The notes beneath the pieces are model-generated. The model did not search any database. It saw only the letters and a list, made by a program, of their open reading frames with translations, and had not been told where the DNA came from. Made by a program: the position numbers and the translations under genes. From Bilabrum cf. latius (Eukaryota), in the NCBI GenBank assembly GCA_965178125.1, contig OZ237763.1:372001-436000 (forward strand): 64,000 nt of DNA. Direction: 5' to 3'. Below are positions 34,711-47,373 of the stretch, one piece after another; position 1 is the first letter of the stretch; the number at the start of each line of letters is the position of its first letter.

Positions 34711-37700
34711 TTATAAGATGGACAACTTATTTTCACCAACTTCTGCGTCGATCGATCCAGAATGCTCACCACCAGGCATTTCCAGAATGTCCGCAGGTCT
34801 CAGGTCGTACTCAACGAATCCTGCTGGTACGGCACTCAAGGTCTACAGCACACCTTTACTGGCGGAATTACCATCAAGTACAGTAGTGAGTGAGCGATGC
34901 AGGCTACCCAACACTGCAGACTGGTATGCGTGCTTGCCAACGTATTTGTTGGGCATGTGCCACACGGTGCCGGCGCCGTAGCCTGGCGAGCCCGGCCTCG
35001 ACCATCCAGCGTCCACCACCTTTGTAAACCCGCATGCAAAGTACGGCTCTCCCTCCGCCAACTCGATAGGCGGGTATGCCCAGTGTCTTGCGCGCCACGG
35101 TATCGGTGACATGCAGCCCGCGTGCGAGGCCATGTATCGCAGCATGTAGGATGGGAGAATGAAGCCTGCCTGATGCACGTTGACAGGAGCGTGAAGCAGA
35201 ACGTCTGGACCACAACCACGATCTTGAAGTCTTTTCGGCAAATTTCCTGTGCCAGACCACGGGTTTTTGTAGTTCTAGTTCATCTCTGTTATACAGCCTT
35301 CACGCTGCCGGTAGATTGGCCAGCCGTCGTTCAGCTCAGGGCAGCCGTTCACCAACCTCCTCTCCTTCTGCCTGGTTGCCTATGAGGCCTCTAAATATGG
35401 ATTAAGTTTTTCGTATTGCAGTAGACCGGGAACCATGAGCCTTGGTAGTCGAGGCCTGTTCCACGACTGCCCATCGGCGGTTGTGTCCATCCAAGCCGCG
35501 AGTTCCGGGCGCACCCAGTCTGCGTGGACTCGCCCGAGCACGTGCAGCAAATGTTCAAATCGAAGCAAGTGGTCCTCCTCGTACATTGCGATGACGTCAT
35601 AATCAACAGCCCGTGTGTCTGCAGAGCCGGCTGTGCTTGTCTCGTGTTGCAGAGAGGAGGATGCAGCCGCGACCACATACTGCGACCGGACATACCACGG
35701 AAACGATACGCCCAGAGATGCCGGGGCAGGTGCAATCGCCAGAGACAGTGAGATGCCTTTCGATGACCGAGCACGGTCCCAAAATGGCTGCCTTGCCGCC
35801 CAGCAGACTAGGTGCGCCCCTGCTTCCTGTGCGCTCCTCGCGCTCGTAGGCAATGTATCGTTGCTGTTCTATTGGCAGCGACCCCACGCATCCTCTACAA
35901 ATTCGGTGTATATCCCCAGTGCCTGAGAACTATTCGCAGCTTTGCTACCCCAGCAAGAGGCGGATCTCCACGCCTAGTCGCACCGCGCTTGCTTGTGACC
36001 CTGACGATTTGTGCCTATGCTTGCATTGCTGCACAGCGAAGTGTCACTTAGTGATGCGCCAGCAGCCACACGGATATCAAGTGCCACAGCAACACCGTGC
36101 CGCCTTGAGAAAGTCTCGGCCGTAGTAGAGAGCGACTGCACCACTCGCTTGGCCCAATGCGACCTGGATACCAAGTCATGCGAAAGCAACACGACCAGGG
36201 CACGGATGGTGGGGGTGTGCTTCTCCACTACTTGGACACTGTCAGTGGAGCCTGAAGGGGCAGGCATTGCGTCCACTTGCTCCTCCTTCCGTATTGCTCG
36301 AGGCGATGCATGAAGCTGGAGGTCTTCGCCTCGTGCGCTCATCTGCAGCCGCCATTCACTGTGTGGATCCAGCGGGTGAATCTTAATGTGGTCCATAGAC
36401 AGTCGAATCGAATTAGTGTCTATGACCGGGCCATCACCTCCGCTTGTAGCCGCTCGCACGCAAGTAATTGGTCGTTGCTTGTGATCCCGCGACTGGGAGC
36501 TCCGCTCCAAACCAAGTTCTTCCAGGCTCGGGATGGGCGGCTGCCATCTGGGCATGTTCTACCGCGTCAAATCTCTATGAGTTAGGATGGCTTGCGGGTC
36601 ACCAACCCACCACTCTTTCCGAAGCAGCCGGCCCATCGAGTCGTCATTACCAGAGCCACCAATTGCTGCATCTTGCTTCCCGAACTGCACGTGAAGATCC
36701 TCAGCGCCCGACTTCGGCGTGCTTACTGCAAACGTGCTAGCAATGGCACCTCTCACGTGGCCTGCACAGCGCACGTGCCGGTCAGCTGGGAAGCGGAATG
36801 GGGTAGAGGACACCTCGCCATGCAGCTTGTGCAGAGTCCTGGCGGTGGCGGCCATGCAGTCATCCAGTGTCATCGACTAGCCAGCATCATCCACTCCATT
36901 TTGAGCGTCGATTACTGCTCGCATTAAAAAAGCTGCCATTTCCTAGCTGCTCAGGTTGGAAAAATCGAAATTTGGAGTACCGACTGCTTGTCTCACTGCG
37001 TCCACCACGCAGCACGCAGCCGAGTCGGCAATCGCACTGATCCTACGCATCTTTCCGACGAACGCATTCGCAGCTGCGATCTTTATGCATACAGCATCTT
37101 CATCTGAGCTTGGCATATCGATCGACTGTGCGATGGTATTACCAACTTGAGCTGCTCCGAAAGAGTTGTCGAAGAGCCCCGGAGGCAGCGCATAGGCAGA
37201 GACCGACGGCTCTGACACGGATGGGGGGCCCGTCCATCTCTAGAGGCCCGTGCTAGAGTCGATGTGCTGGGTGTACGTGGCAGCTGGTAAGCGGCGCCGC
37301 AGAGCATGCAGGGCAAGCACAAAGTCGCAGGCTCGCGCTATCCCGGAAGGAGCAGGATCTGCTGCTGCTGCTGCTGATGTCGTTGACTTGGAGCACCACT
37401 GCACGAGGGTGTCCCAGGCGGCGTCAGTGTTACCCGGGCTAGCCATGCCTGCAGACCTGCGTGGTTGCGTCAGATAATTTAAGCTCCGACGACTCTAAAA
37501 ACCGCCTGGGCTGCAATGTGTAGTCGTACTGCCAGCGGTGCAGTTGGCCTGTGCCGGACCCATGGCCGTGCCGCCCCCCAGGTCTGACAAGATCTCAACA
37601 TGGGATCGGAGGACTTCAGCCGCTCTCCGTTGCAGCCTACGACTCGCATGATACCGGATTTCCTTTCGCAAGCTCATGCTGGCACCCGCACTGCCTGGTG

Positions 37701-38499
37701 CTTTGGAGGCATCTGCGCTGCTTGGGGCTGGATCGGCCGCAGATTCCACCGAGTCCAAAACGGGGACACCATCCGCTGCCTCCCTGAGGCCAAGGTACAC
37801 CCGCGCAACGGCGAGGTCCGGATGCAGCTGATGGTTAGATGTTAGTGGTTGCACCTTTGCAGATGGTGCATGATTTCGTTGACGGGCGAGTTCCTTTGCC
37901 AAGCCAGAGCCGAGCAGCACCTGCCTCGTGGCCTCGACCAGGGCATCGTGGGAGAGTAGGTCGGAGAGCAGCAATGTGCTTCTGCGGTCCGTACGCGCCT
38001 GTCGTATTGTCTGAGCACTGGTGCTTGCAAACGACAAAACGGCGCCGTTCCAGAGCTCTCTGGCCCGGTGCAGCAGTTGCGAGGTTCGTCGTGCCGATCG
38101 AAGCAGCGGCTGGAGCTTGCGCCGTACGGTTGGTGGCAGCTACGGGGAGGATTCTTCATGATATTTGGTCCTCTAGGAAAACTCCCTTGGCGTTGCTTCT
38201 CCCGCCGCCGCCATTCGCTCCATTTCGCGGCCCAGCATTCGCTCCATCGAGTCAAAATGGCTCCACAGCTTTGCATCTCCATCTTGGGATGCAGCTCTCG
38301 AACGGATCCAGGTTAATGCGTCATGCTGTTCTCTTCTTGTCCAATGGGACGATGGCTAGGTCAGTGCATGACTGCCATTCTGCGTGCTCGAATCTGACGC
38401 GAGATTGACGCTGCCAAGCGGGCCATTGTTGACAATACCTTTGATTGTAGGCGAAAGGAAGGCATAGAAAAGCACCAATGCTATTGTATTTCGCGGCAT
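34711..38499 (-). CDS. Large intronless secreted/Golgi-type protein (1262 aa, 13 TAG=Gln) with a possible glycosyltransferase-like C-terminal domain
   Basis: ATG 38499 starts a signal-like MPRNTIALVLFYAFLSPTIKG. One frame runs 3789 nt with 13 TAG and no internal TAA/TGA. Motifs YDVIAMYEEDHLL, PGLLQYE, NVHQAGFIL, VWHMPNKY; ends TAA. Confidence 0.75.
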
Positions 38500-38632
38500 C
38501 TATATGCCTTATACATCAAGCCACCACATTTAGTCCGACGATTGGGAACCCGGAAGTCAGCAAGCTGCGCGCGTCTCTACAAGTTGGCACAGCAATAAGC
38601 CTCGCTGCGCTGCAAAAGATCACACCCTCTCA

Positions 38633-40686
38633 ATGAAAAGTGCATGCTACGTCGTCGCGGCGGCGGCTACGTGCTCAGCGATCCTCGCGGGAAGCACTTG
38701 TGCTGCAGCGGAAGTTGGCGGCAAGAAGAATATCCTGCTGTTCTACGTAGATGATTTGCGCTGGCAAGGCTTCGGCGATATCGGTCCCCAGTTCATGAAA
38801 ACTCCTAATTTTGCCCGACTCATGAGTGTGAGCCCTTCGTGACCTCGTTTCCTCCGCTACCAGTTGACTCACTTTTGGGCTCGTCGACGAGCAGGATTAA
38901 ACGATCGCAATTGTACCATTCTGATCGCAGATGGGCATGACTTTTAAGAATAACTAGGTGCAGCAAGCCGTATGTTCCCCAAGCCGTGCGAGCTCTTTGT
39001 GTGGCTTGCGGCCGGATTCGACTGGCGTCTGGAACCTCTACGATTACTTTAGGAACCAAATCGAGGACAGGTACGGTTACAACGTAACCACACTCCCTCA
39101 AGCTTTTAAGGACAAGGGCTGGCGCGTTGGTGGATCTGGCAAGAGTGAGTCACGCGGGGTCAGGCGAGTCACCATTGCAATCTGCAGTGTGATGCCACCG
39201 CTGGTGGCAGTACTGCCTCGCTTCCAGTCGCGCTATCGCAGTATTTCACCCGGGCCATGCATCTGGTGAGGGGGTCACGGGCCCCGGCGATGATTACCCC
39301 ATCTCCTGGACGGAGCCCTACTTCCACGCGCCTGCACGCTAGGAATTCCCCTGGAACGCAACTAGAGAGCACAGCTGGATCGACCTCGACAAGCCGGAAG
39401 AAGCCTTCCCAGACGCCTAGATCGTGCAGAACTCGATCAGTCAAGTCAAGCAGTTCACCGCTGAGACCCCCGACAAGCAGTGGTTCGTGGCTTGCGGCGT
39501 CCACAAGCGTGAGACTCGCCTGCCGATGCTTTTCAGCCACATATGAGACTGCCGATCCAGCTCCATCCATGCCCGCCAACTCACAGGCATTCTTGTACTG
39601 CCTCGCAGCCCACCTTCCATTTGTCGCCCCCAAGAAGTACTACGATATGTACCCGCTAGACACGATCAAGCCTGCCACAAACAGCTACGTCCCTAAGAAC
39701 CTGCCCGATATCGAGTGGAGCGACTGGGGCGAGCTGCGCAACTACGAGGACATCGCCGCCCTTAACCTCTCCCGTGCGGAGGCCAACGACATGCCTGACA
39801 GTGAGGCAGTGCTGTTGAGGAGGGGCTACTTTGCTGCCACCTCATTCACTGACAACCAGCTAGGCGTGATGTTGGATGCGCTGAAGGAGGGTGGACACCT
39901 TGACAACACGATCATCGCCTTTACGGGTGACCAGTGAGCACTGGACTGAATGCCGTCACATTGGCTGCCCTGCACAAGTTTGACTGCTCTAAGTAATTTT
40001 TGTCTACCCTGCATACCAAATATGCCATGCCGCACTCTCGCAGTGGATGGGACCTCGGCAACCACGCGCACTGGACCAAGCACACCAACTGGGCCAGCAA
40101 CACTGGAGCGCCACTGATCGTGGTCTCGCCCGACCACCCCCAGTCTCACGGGGTCATTAGCGATGCCATGACCGAGACCGTGGACATCTACCCCACCCTG
40201 CTTGACCTGGCGGGGTATCCAGTCCCCAAGCGTCTCGAGGGCTTCTCCCTGCGGCCTCTGCTGGAGCAGCCCAGCAAGCCTTGGAAGAAGGCTTCCTTCT
40301 CGCAGTACCCGCGTGACACCACCAAGGGTCCCCACAAGAACGAGAATTACCCCCACGCAATGGGCTACAAGGTCACCACGCAGGACTTCACCTACACCCG
40401 CTGGATGAAGTTCGACAATGCCACGGCTACCCGTCACTTTGACGAGGTCATCGCTGAGGAACTGTACGACCATCGCATGGACAACGGCTCGGCACCCCAG
40501 CGGTTCGAAGACTTCGAGAACGTCAACGTGGTGGACGATCCGGAGTTCAAGACCGAGCTGGAGAGCCTGCGGGCGATCCTCAAGGCCAACTGGAACGGCA
40601 CCGATGTGGTTCCCTAGTGGGCCGTGGAGGAGCACAACCGCAGGCAGCTGGAACTGGGCTCACCCGAGACGGTCTGGATGGACTGA
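38633..40686 (+). CDS. Secreted sulfatase, iduronate-2-sulfatase-like (4 introns; 4 TAG=Gln)
   Basis: Signal peptide, NILLFYVDDLR, QQAVCSPSRAS (CxPxR formylglycine motif), GKIFHPG, HKPHLPF, GDHGW. Introns at 38828-38930, 39145-39241, 39509-39608 and 39934-40043. TAGs at 38955, 39340, 39418 and 40615; ends TGA. Confidence 0.9.
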
Positions 40687-40876
40687 TACGCGTGAATCTG
40701 TGTTGGAGACCACTGCAGGTATAGGTCTAGAGCTGCGCATGCAATGGAATGATTGTACCCCATCCTGTATGCTGGAGTAGGTACGTCGTGGAGTGCGGCT
40801 CGTGAAGGTGAGGTACCTGGCAGATTTCTATGTGGATGCGGCTCCTGCGACGACATATATGGCATTATATCGCAAG

Positions 40877-43800
40877 TCACTGAATGGCTGGTCTTCGCAA
40901 TCCAAGCGGGCTGCCCCCGGCCTTCCTTAGAGTCTGCGTCATGTGCTGGCGCGCGTGCGCGTAGGCCACAGCCCCCTTGCCCGTCTGCGCGATCCTTTGG
41001 TCCCGCATGTGAGCGAATGCCTCCTCCTCATCCTCCTTGTCGTCTGCGGGCGCAGAGCCAAACTGCCGGCCCCAGGCACCGCCTGCCGCTGCGGGGGCAG
41101 TCGCTCCTGGGGTGGGCGCCCGCCCCCCGCCGCAACCCAACCCCTCCCCGTCCATGCCATACCCTCCGTACCCCCCGCCGCCCACTCGCATTCCGATGCC
41201 GCCGCCCGTACCCGTTCCCCAACCGCCACCAGTGGCACCCGAAGCCCCGCCCATGGACCGGATGGTTTCAGACGCAACGAAGGGTGAAGCCGTTGCACCC
41301 GTGCCCAAGGGTGTCCAGGAGTCGCCCAGCGCGGCCTCGGGCGTGACATTGCTGGCCATCGCGCCGCGCTCTCCGCTGGAGGTCGCAGATCCGTCCAGCT
41401 GGACACCGTTGGCGCTTGCCCAACGCTGGAATCCCTCCAGCAGCGCCCCGCGCGCGTCCTATGCGGCTGCCTCGGCCTCCCCCGCAGCCGCACGCGTATC
41501 ACGGAAGCGTCCAAACGTGTCACGGTAGGCTTTCCTCGCCTCTCTCTCTGCCTGCAGGAGCGACAGCTCTTCCTGGGTCACCACCAGATCGGGCTCTTCC
41601 TGCGGCGTGCTGCTGCCGCCTCGCGACCCGCCCTCGATTCCAATAGAGCGCGCAATGGCCTGCCACCTGGGAGCACCGCCGGTGCGCTCCGCGGCGTCCC
41701 GCAGCTGCCTCCTAAGCCCATCAATCCTCTCCTTTGCCTGGTTTACTGCGCTGGCAGAGCTCTGCGCTTCCGCGCGGCGCTGCTGCAGCCGCTTCCTTGA
41801 AAGGGCGAGCGATTCTGCCAGTCCGGAGCCAGGGGCGCCCGGCTTGCGGAACTCGTCCCATGCGCGGCGCCGGTCCATACCGCCATGCACCTGCCCCTGT
41901 AGCTGCGCTCGCCCAAAAGCAGGGCCCCCATCGTTTCCCGCACTCGTGGCCTCTTGCTTGCTCTCCTCTCCCCCGCCACCATCGAGATGGGAGCCTCTGC
42001 CGGCCCCGGTCCCGCTGCTGCTGCTGCTGCTTAAAGTTGGTTCAAACCCGAGAGCAGCTGCCTCTTGTCCCTCCAGCGCGGCGCCTACGTCTGCCCGAGC
42101 CTGGGCCTCGAGCGCGGTGGCGGGTCTAGCTGCGTGACCAGTCATAGGCCTGGCTGTCGAATCAGCCACACCGAGCCCGACCCCGTGGTCGTCTGACAGA
42201 GATCCAACCAGCTCACCCCCGCCGGCGTCAACGTGCCGCCCCCCAGCCGCACCGCCTACGCCTCCACCCATGTCTCCGGCCGCTCCAAGCCCCCCATCAG
42301 CGCCCCCTGCCCGCGCCACGGCCGAGCCCACGTCGGCCGCTCTCCTCTCGGCAGCGATGAGCCTCTCTTTCATGAGTGCCAGAGTCTCTCGCATCTTTCG
42401 AACGCTGTCAAGTTCCAGCGCATCCATCTCTTCGTCGGGTCCCCTGGCTTTCAGGAACGACTCCACTTCGCTTGCCAGCTGTGCCTGCTGCTCGGGGGTG
42501 TACTCGTCGTAGGCGGGGCCGCGCATGGCCCCACCACCGGACGGACCGGCAGAAGCTCCAGCTCCCGCACCGCCGGTGGCAGCCCCCCTTCCTGCCGCCA
42601 GTGCGGCATGCATGGCCAGTTCCTGCTTGAGCTCTCGAATGATCCTGGCCTGCTTGTGCGCGAGACGCACAGGGTCGGTGGTCATGCCTGCGGGCGCGGG
42701 CCCCGCCCCCGCCGAGTGCTGCTTCACCCTCATCATCCGCTTGGCGAGCTGCAGCGTCGACACAGTTTCTTCCAGGTGTCGAGCCTCGCACCACACGCAT
42801 GCCAGCAGCAGCGTCATCGAGGCGCCGCCCAGCGAGTCACGAAGGATGCTCGTCAGCTTGGTCTGACGGAATGGCACGTGGCCACTGCCGTCGCCTGCCG
42901 TCAGAGCCACGACGCATTGCTCCAGGAACGCGAGTGACCGGTTGATACTCATGGATTCCTTCTTGAGCGCGGGGTCCAGCATGGTCGCGGGGAGGTCTCG
43001 TGTGCCTCCGCGGCGGGTCACCATGGCCTCCGGAGGTACGTCTGCCAGCAGCGTCTTGCGCAGCCGCTCCGATCCAGCGAGATCCACGAGGTTGAGCTTG
43101 CTGTGGCGCACCCTCTCTCCCGCGCCGAGCCTGGACCGCTGCGCAACGTGCACGGTGAATATGCAGTGGGAGCGGTTAGAGCTCTTGTTGAGCAGGTGCT
43201 CGGCAGTTCTCCGTCGCAACTCCCCTTGGAAGAGCGCGTCCAATGCCTCCGTCTCTGACTTGACGGGCACTCTGGTCAGCCCTCGCACGACCACGCCCTG
43301 CGTCCGGTCATACGCCACCTAGTAGTCGGCCCCTCGCCCCACGGCGGCGGCACCAGCTGAGGACGGGGCCACTGCCCTCTGCATTCCGGTGGCTGTCGAG
43401 AGCTCGCCTCCCTGCATGGCTGCCTTCTTGAGCTCGGGTGCGACGTCCTCCAGAAGGTCGGTGATTCTTTCGTGGTATATCTCGAGGTAGGACACGGTCA
43501 CCTCGAACTGGGTGTCACGGCGGCCTGCGATTTCCTCGAATATGTGAGAGAGCGCTCGGGGCGCAACGCCCCGGCTGCGGTACTGCTTCGTGTCTCCTAT
43601 CATGGTGTACGTCTTGCCCGCACCTGTTTGTCCGTACTGCGTCGTGGAGGCGGGTATGGCGGGGTGGGTGCTGGTGGCGGTACTCTCTCGGCGGTCCAGT
43701 GTGCATGAAACGAGACAGCCTCCTTGGGCTCAAGACTGTCGAAGCAAATTCACAGCAAATACTGAGTCTCACAGCCATGATTGTCCCGCTCGTACCTGCG

Positions 43801-44277
43801 AGAGGACGTAAGTTAACAACAAACAAACTGGAATCGTATTGGTTTCATGGGCGTGCAATGCTGCCTGCATACTCCCTTTGCTCGGTCTCTGACAGAGTCT
43901 CACCATCAACAACCTATTGAACAACAGGTCTGCATTGTGTCTCGTACACAGTTTCTTGTTCGCTGTTGTGCAGCACGCTATCAAACTTGAAGCCCCAGTC
44001 CTCCCGTCGGTTCGATACTGAGTGTGTCGAATCTACTGCTCGATGCACTCGAACAGTCTGCGAAATGAGATTAAATGCTCAATTATTACATGATGTATTG
44101 TGCACTTGAACAGCAAGGGTAGCAGTGGATGCTACATCTCTGTCTTACACCTGCGTCCGGATCAATGCGGACCATATCAGCAGCAAATGATGCTGTTGGC
44201 CTCGTTCGCACCGCAACAGTAACACCACGCCGGGTTGCATCGCCAAATAATGCGGCTGCAGCTGACGCGCCAGACAT
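40877..44277 (-). CDS. Kinesin-9 family motor (KIF9/KIF6-like), 3 short 5' introns, 3 TAG=Gln
   Basis: VAVRTRP, YGQTGAGKTYTM P-loop, SYLEIY, SSNRSHCIFT, LVDLAGSER, HVPFRQTKLTSILRDSLGG, ELKQELAMH and a C-terminal LLEGFQRW. TAGs at 43914, 43319 and 41459; ends TGA. Confidence 0.9.
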
Positions 44278-44600
44278 CTTGGAACGATTCAGCCGCGTTT
44301 GCAGTTGAAAAGGAAAGTACTTTTCCGTTCAGGAGCTTGCCGGTTCTAACCAACTGAGGCGAGCATGATTGTATTTAGGCGGCAGCTCAGGCAATTTGCG
44401 CGTCTGCTTCCTACAAGCAGCGGCCTACATCCGCTTATAAATGTAATGGCAAGCTTTTTCGATTAATTGGATCGTTATGCATAGCGCATGGTGGAAGTGC
44501 TATGTTGCGACCAGACCGCCTCATGCGACCAACCTGAATCGACCGGTCCGAGCGACCGAGTGCGATTCACTCAATACAATCAGACGGGACAGAGTCCAGA

Positions 44601-46817
44601 ATGGAAACACTCCAACCTTTTGGTCGCCCCTCACGATGCTTATGTTGCGATATTTGCGCCAGAATCCTTGCAGGGGACGAGGAGGCTGCTCTCCAAATGC
44701 TTCGCAAAACCATCGCAGGGCAGCCATCGCGCGACAAGGGCTCAAAATCTTCGTGCGCCGAGGATATATGTACGCATATATCTTCACAGTCAGAGGGAAT
44801 CGGCGATGCTTGTGAGCGCAAATCGCATGAGGACGAAGCCAATGCGTATCCGTTGCCGGGCTGGGCCGCTTGCCGCAGGTCCTGCTCCATGCTGTCGACA
44901 GGCACGCTCCGCTGTTCGGATCCCCCAATCAAGAGAGTTTCTACCTCTCTCAAGTCGATGGGCACGGCTAGATCCGGCGGGAAAAGCTCGGGGCGGGGGT
45001 CAACTTCGACATCATCGCCAGCGGCAGCAGTCGCTCGCACAACGGCGGCGAAGCGGTTTCGCAGGATGAACGCGGAGTGGGGCCGATCGGTGCTGCACGT
45101 TGCGAGCGCCTGTAGCCAGCCCAATATCGTCGGCTTGCTTGTTTTGAACGGAATTCCAGTTGGCGTTCGGTCTGCCTTGAGCTACTGGGGTGGACTCACT
45201 CCCATGCACGAAGCTGCCGCTGCTCGGTCTACCGAAAGAAGCCTGGCCGTCGTTTGGATGCTCATCTCAGCAGGCGCGTCTCTGCACAGCACTACGCGTA
45301 CTATGTGCTACACTCCGATGCACTGGGCGTGCTCCTAGGGCGAGAAATCCATTGCGACTGTTGCGATGCTGCTGCACCACCCTGACGGGCTGGACAGCGC
45401 GCTGCGTCGGAACGCGGTGGGACAGTCGGCTATTCATGGGGCCCTGGATCGACTTCCTGCACGAAATTTACGCACCAAGGACGAGCTGTCATGCGGGGGC
45501 AAGAGCAGCGGCGCAGATACCCACGCTGGTGACGGCATCGATGCCAATGGTGCCTTGTTCGAGGCCGGCCCATCGAGCTTGAGGGGCGACGCTGCGGTAT
45601 TGCTCCTCTGGTCGGCAATGCAAGCTCGTCTGCACTACTTGCAGCTTGCGGGCGACCGTTCATCTACAGAACAAATACTGTCTCAGATCGAAGAGCTGGA
45701 GTACTGCTTCGTGCATCGTGTTGGCTCACTTGGCCCCGGCGAAGAGAACGATCCCTGTGATGGTGATAGCACTGCCACACAGGCAAACAGTCGCAGGAAT
45801 GCGGAAAATGCTGCATTTTCCGGTCGAATGTTGGGACTAGAGCACGTTCTCGCCAGTTCTGTTCGGGCAGAGTAGTGCTGCCATTTCTGGAGCACCATGA
45901 CGGTATCGGACCCACCAAGCACTGGCTCCCCTGAGAGCCCGACGTCTCCAGCTTCACCCACAGCGTCGATGACAAGAGACCATACAATGTATGGGGGAAA
46001 TGTGGCTGGAGCTTTTCCTCCTCAGTCCGCAAGCAGGCTGCCCCTGAGCAGTGGCAGTGGAAGCAGCCGTGCAGACTCGGCAACGGGTAGCGCTAGGAGG
46101 CCGCGAGGAGTCTATTTTTAGAGTCGTTGGGACACAATGGATGGAGATGTAGAAATAGAAGGGCACGATTTCGACTCACCGGGGTCAAGTACAACTAGCC
46201 CGTGGGCTGGCGTCGCTGCCAAGACCAGCCACGGGCCGCCTCCGCAGTCGACAGCACCAGTGGCACTTGCAGGAGCAGCTGGTCGCAACGGCGGCAAACG
46301 GTGCCGGGCAGACTCTGGGACGAGGTTCAAGTCGGTACCTTGCGATGGGATGTCAGCTGGTGCTCGGAGCGCGTTCCTGCTGCGAAAGGCGGCGAGCACG
46401 GCAAGCGGACAGCGATTTATTCGGCTGATTGCGAGCAGGGAGGCGGGTCGCGAGCAGGTTGACATGAGCACCTGCGTAGATGCGGTGCTGGATGCAAGCT
46501 CGATGGCGCATGGGTGCTGGTGGTGGTGGAGACAGTCTGCATGGACGGAAAGGGTGGCACAGCACCGGACATCGAGGCCAAGGGGTAGGGTTGGTGCGAG
46601 CGCGAAGCAAGTGCTCGAAGAGCCCTACGCGCTTCTGCTCGCTTCGGCTGAACGAAGCAGCTCCCGAGCTGCCCATCTTCTCCGTTTTCGGCGCGCTCGG
46701 GCATGGCAGCTAAAATTACTGCAGCGTGGTGCGTTGGTTGGGGCCCAGCTTGAGGGCGCTGCCGCTGGTGGCAAGCTGGGAGGGGATACTACGACCAGCT
46801 CATCGAGGCCGACGTGA
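44601..46817 (+). CDS. Ankyrin-repeat protein (738 aa; TAG at 45336, 45873, 46119)
   Basis: GRSVLHVA, GLTPMHEAA, YTPMHWACS[TAG]G and GQSAIHGA ankyrin repeats; four ORF-track fragments join in one frame; ends TGA. Confidence 0.75.
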
Positions 46818-46899
46818 AATGCCAAAGGTGATTGCACCAGCAGAACACTAAACTAAGTAGTCAACAAGATGATTTCGTTGCATTGAGCTGGCGATGCAA

Positions 46900-47373
46900 T
46901 CAGTGGCCACCAGCTGCCCCACCACCGGACACGAGGGCCTTGTTGTACGGACCTCTGCCATCTGCTTGCAGCTCGACATATCGTGCGGCAAAGGCAGTTT
47001 CGGGGCACGTTTTCTTAGGTAATCTGCGGTCCAGCCAAGGACCGTCGGGCTTAAAGGCTTCTTTCCAGAGCCAGCCAATCTCGTCCGATACTCGCGGTGG
47101 CAACCCATCTTTGCTCTTCTCTTGGGGGTCCTTCGAGAGGGCTTCTACCTTACCCTTCATCTCCGCAAGCGCTTTCCTATCGGTATCTGAGACTTGCACC
47201 TCGTGGCCAATTTTGCCGGTAATTGCTTTGAATTGCTTGTAGTTCGGCTCGAAGCTCCTATCAGGCTCTTTTTCGCACGCCGCCATTTCACGGCGGATTG
47301 CCTCGCGTTGCTGCTGCACTCGTGCAATCTCCGTAAATACCTGTTTCCCACTTACTCCTTGGTCAAGTGCCAT
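46900..47373 (-). CDS. FAM183/CFAP144-like ciliary protein
   Basis: PNYKQFKAITGK, PQEK...SDEIGW and PKKTCPETAFAARY resemble FAM183 motifs; ends TGA. Confidence 0.5.
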   Translation of the reverse strand: MALDQGVSGKQVFTEIARVQQQREAIRREMAACEKEPDRSFEPNYKQFKAITGKIGHEVQVSDTDRKALAEMKGKVEALSKDPQEKSKDGLPPRVSDEIGWLWKEAFKPDGPWLDRRLPKKTCPETAFAARYVELQADGRGPYNKALVSGGGAAGGH

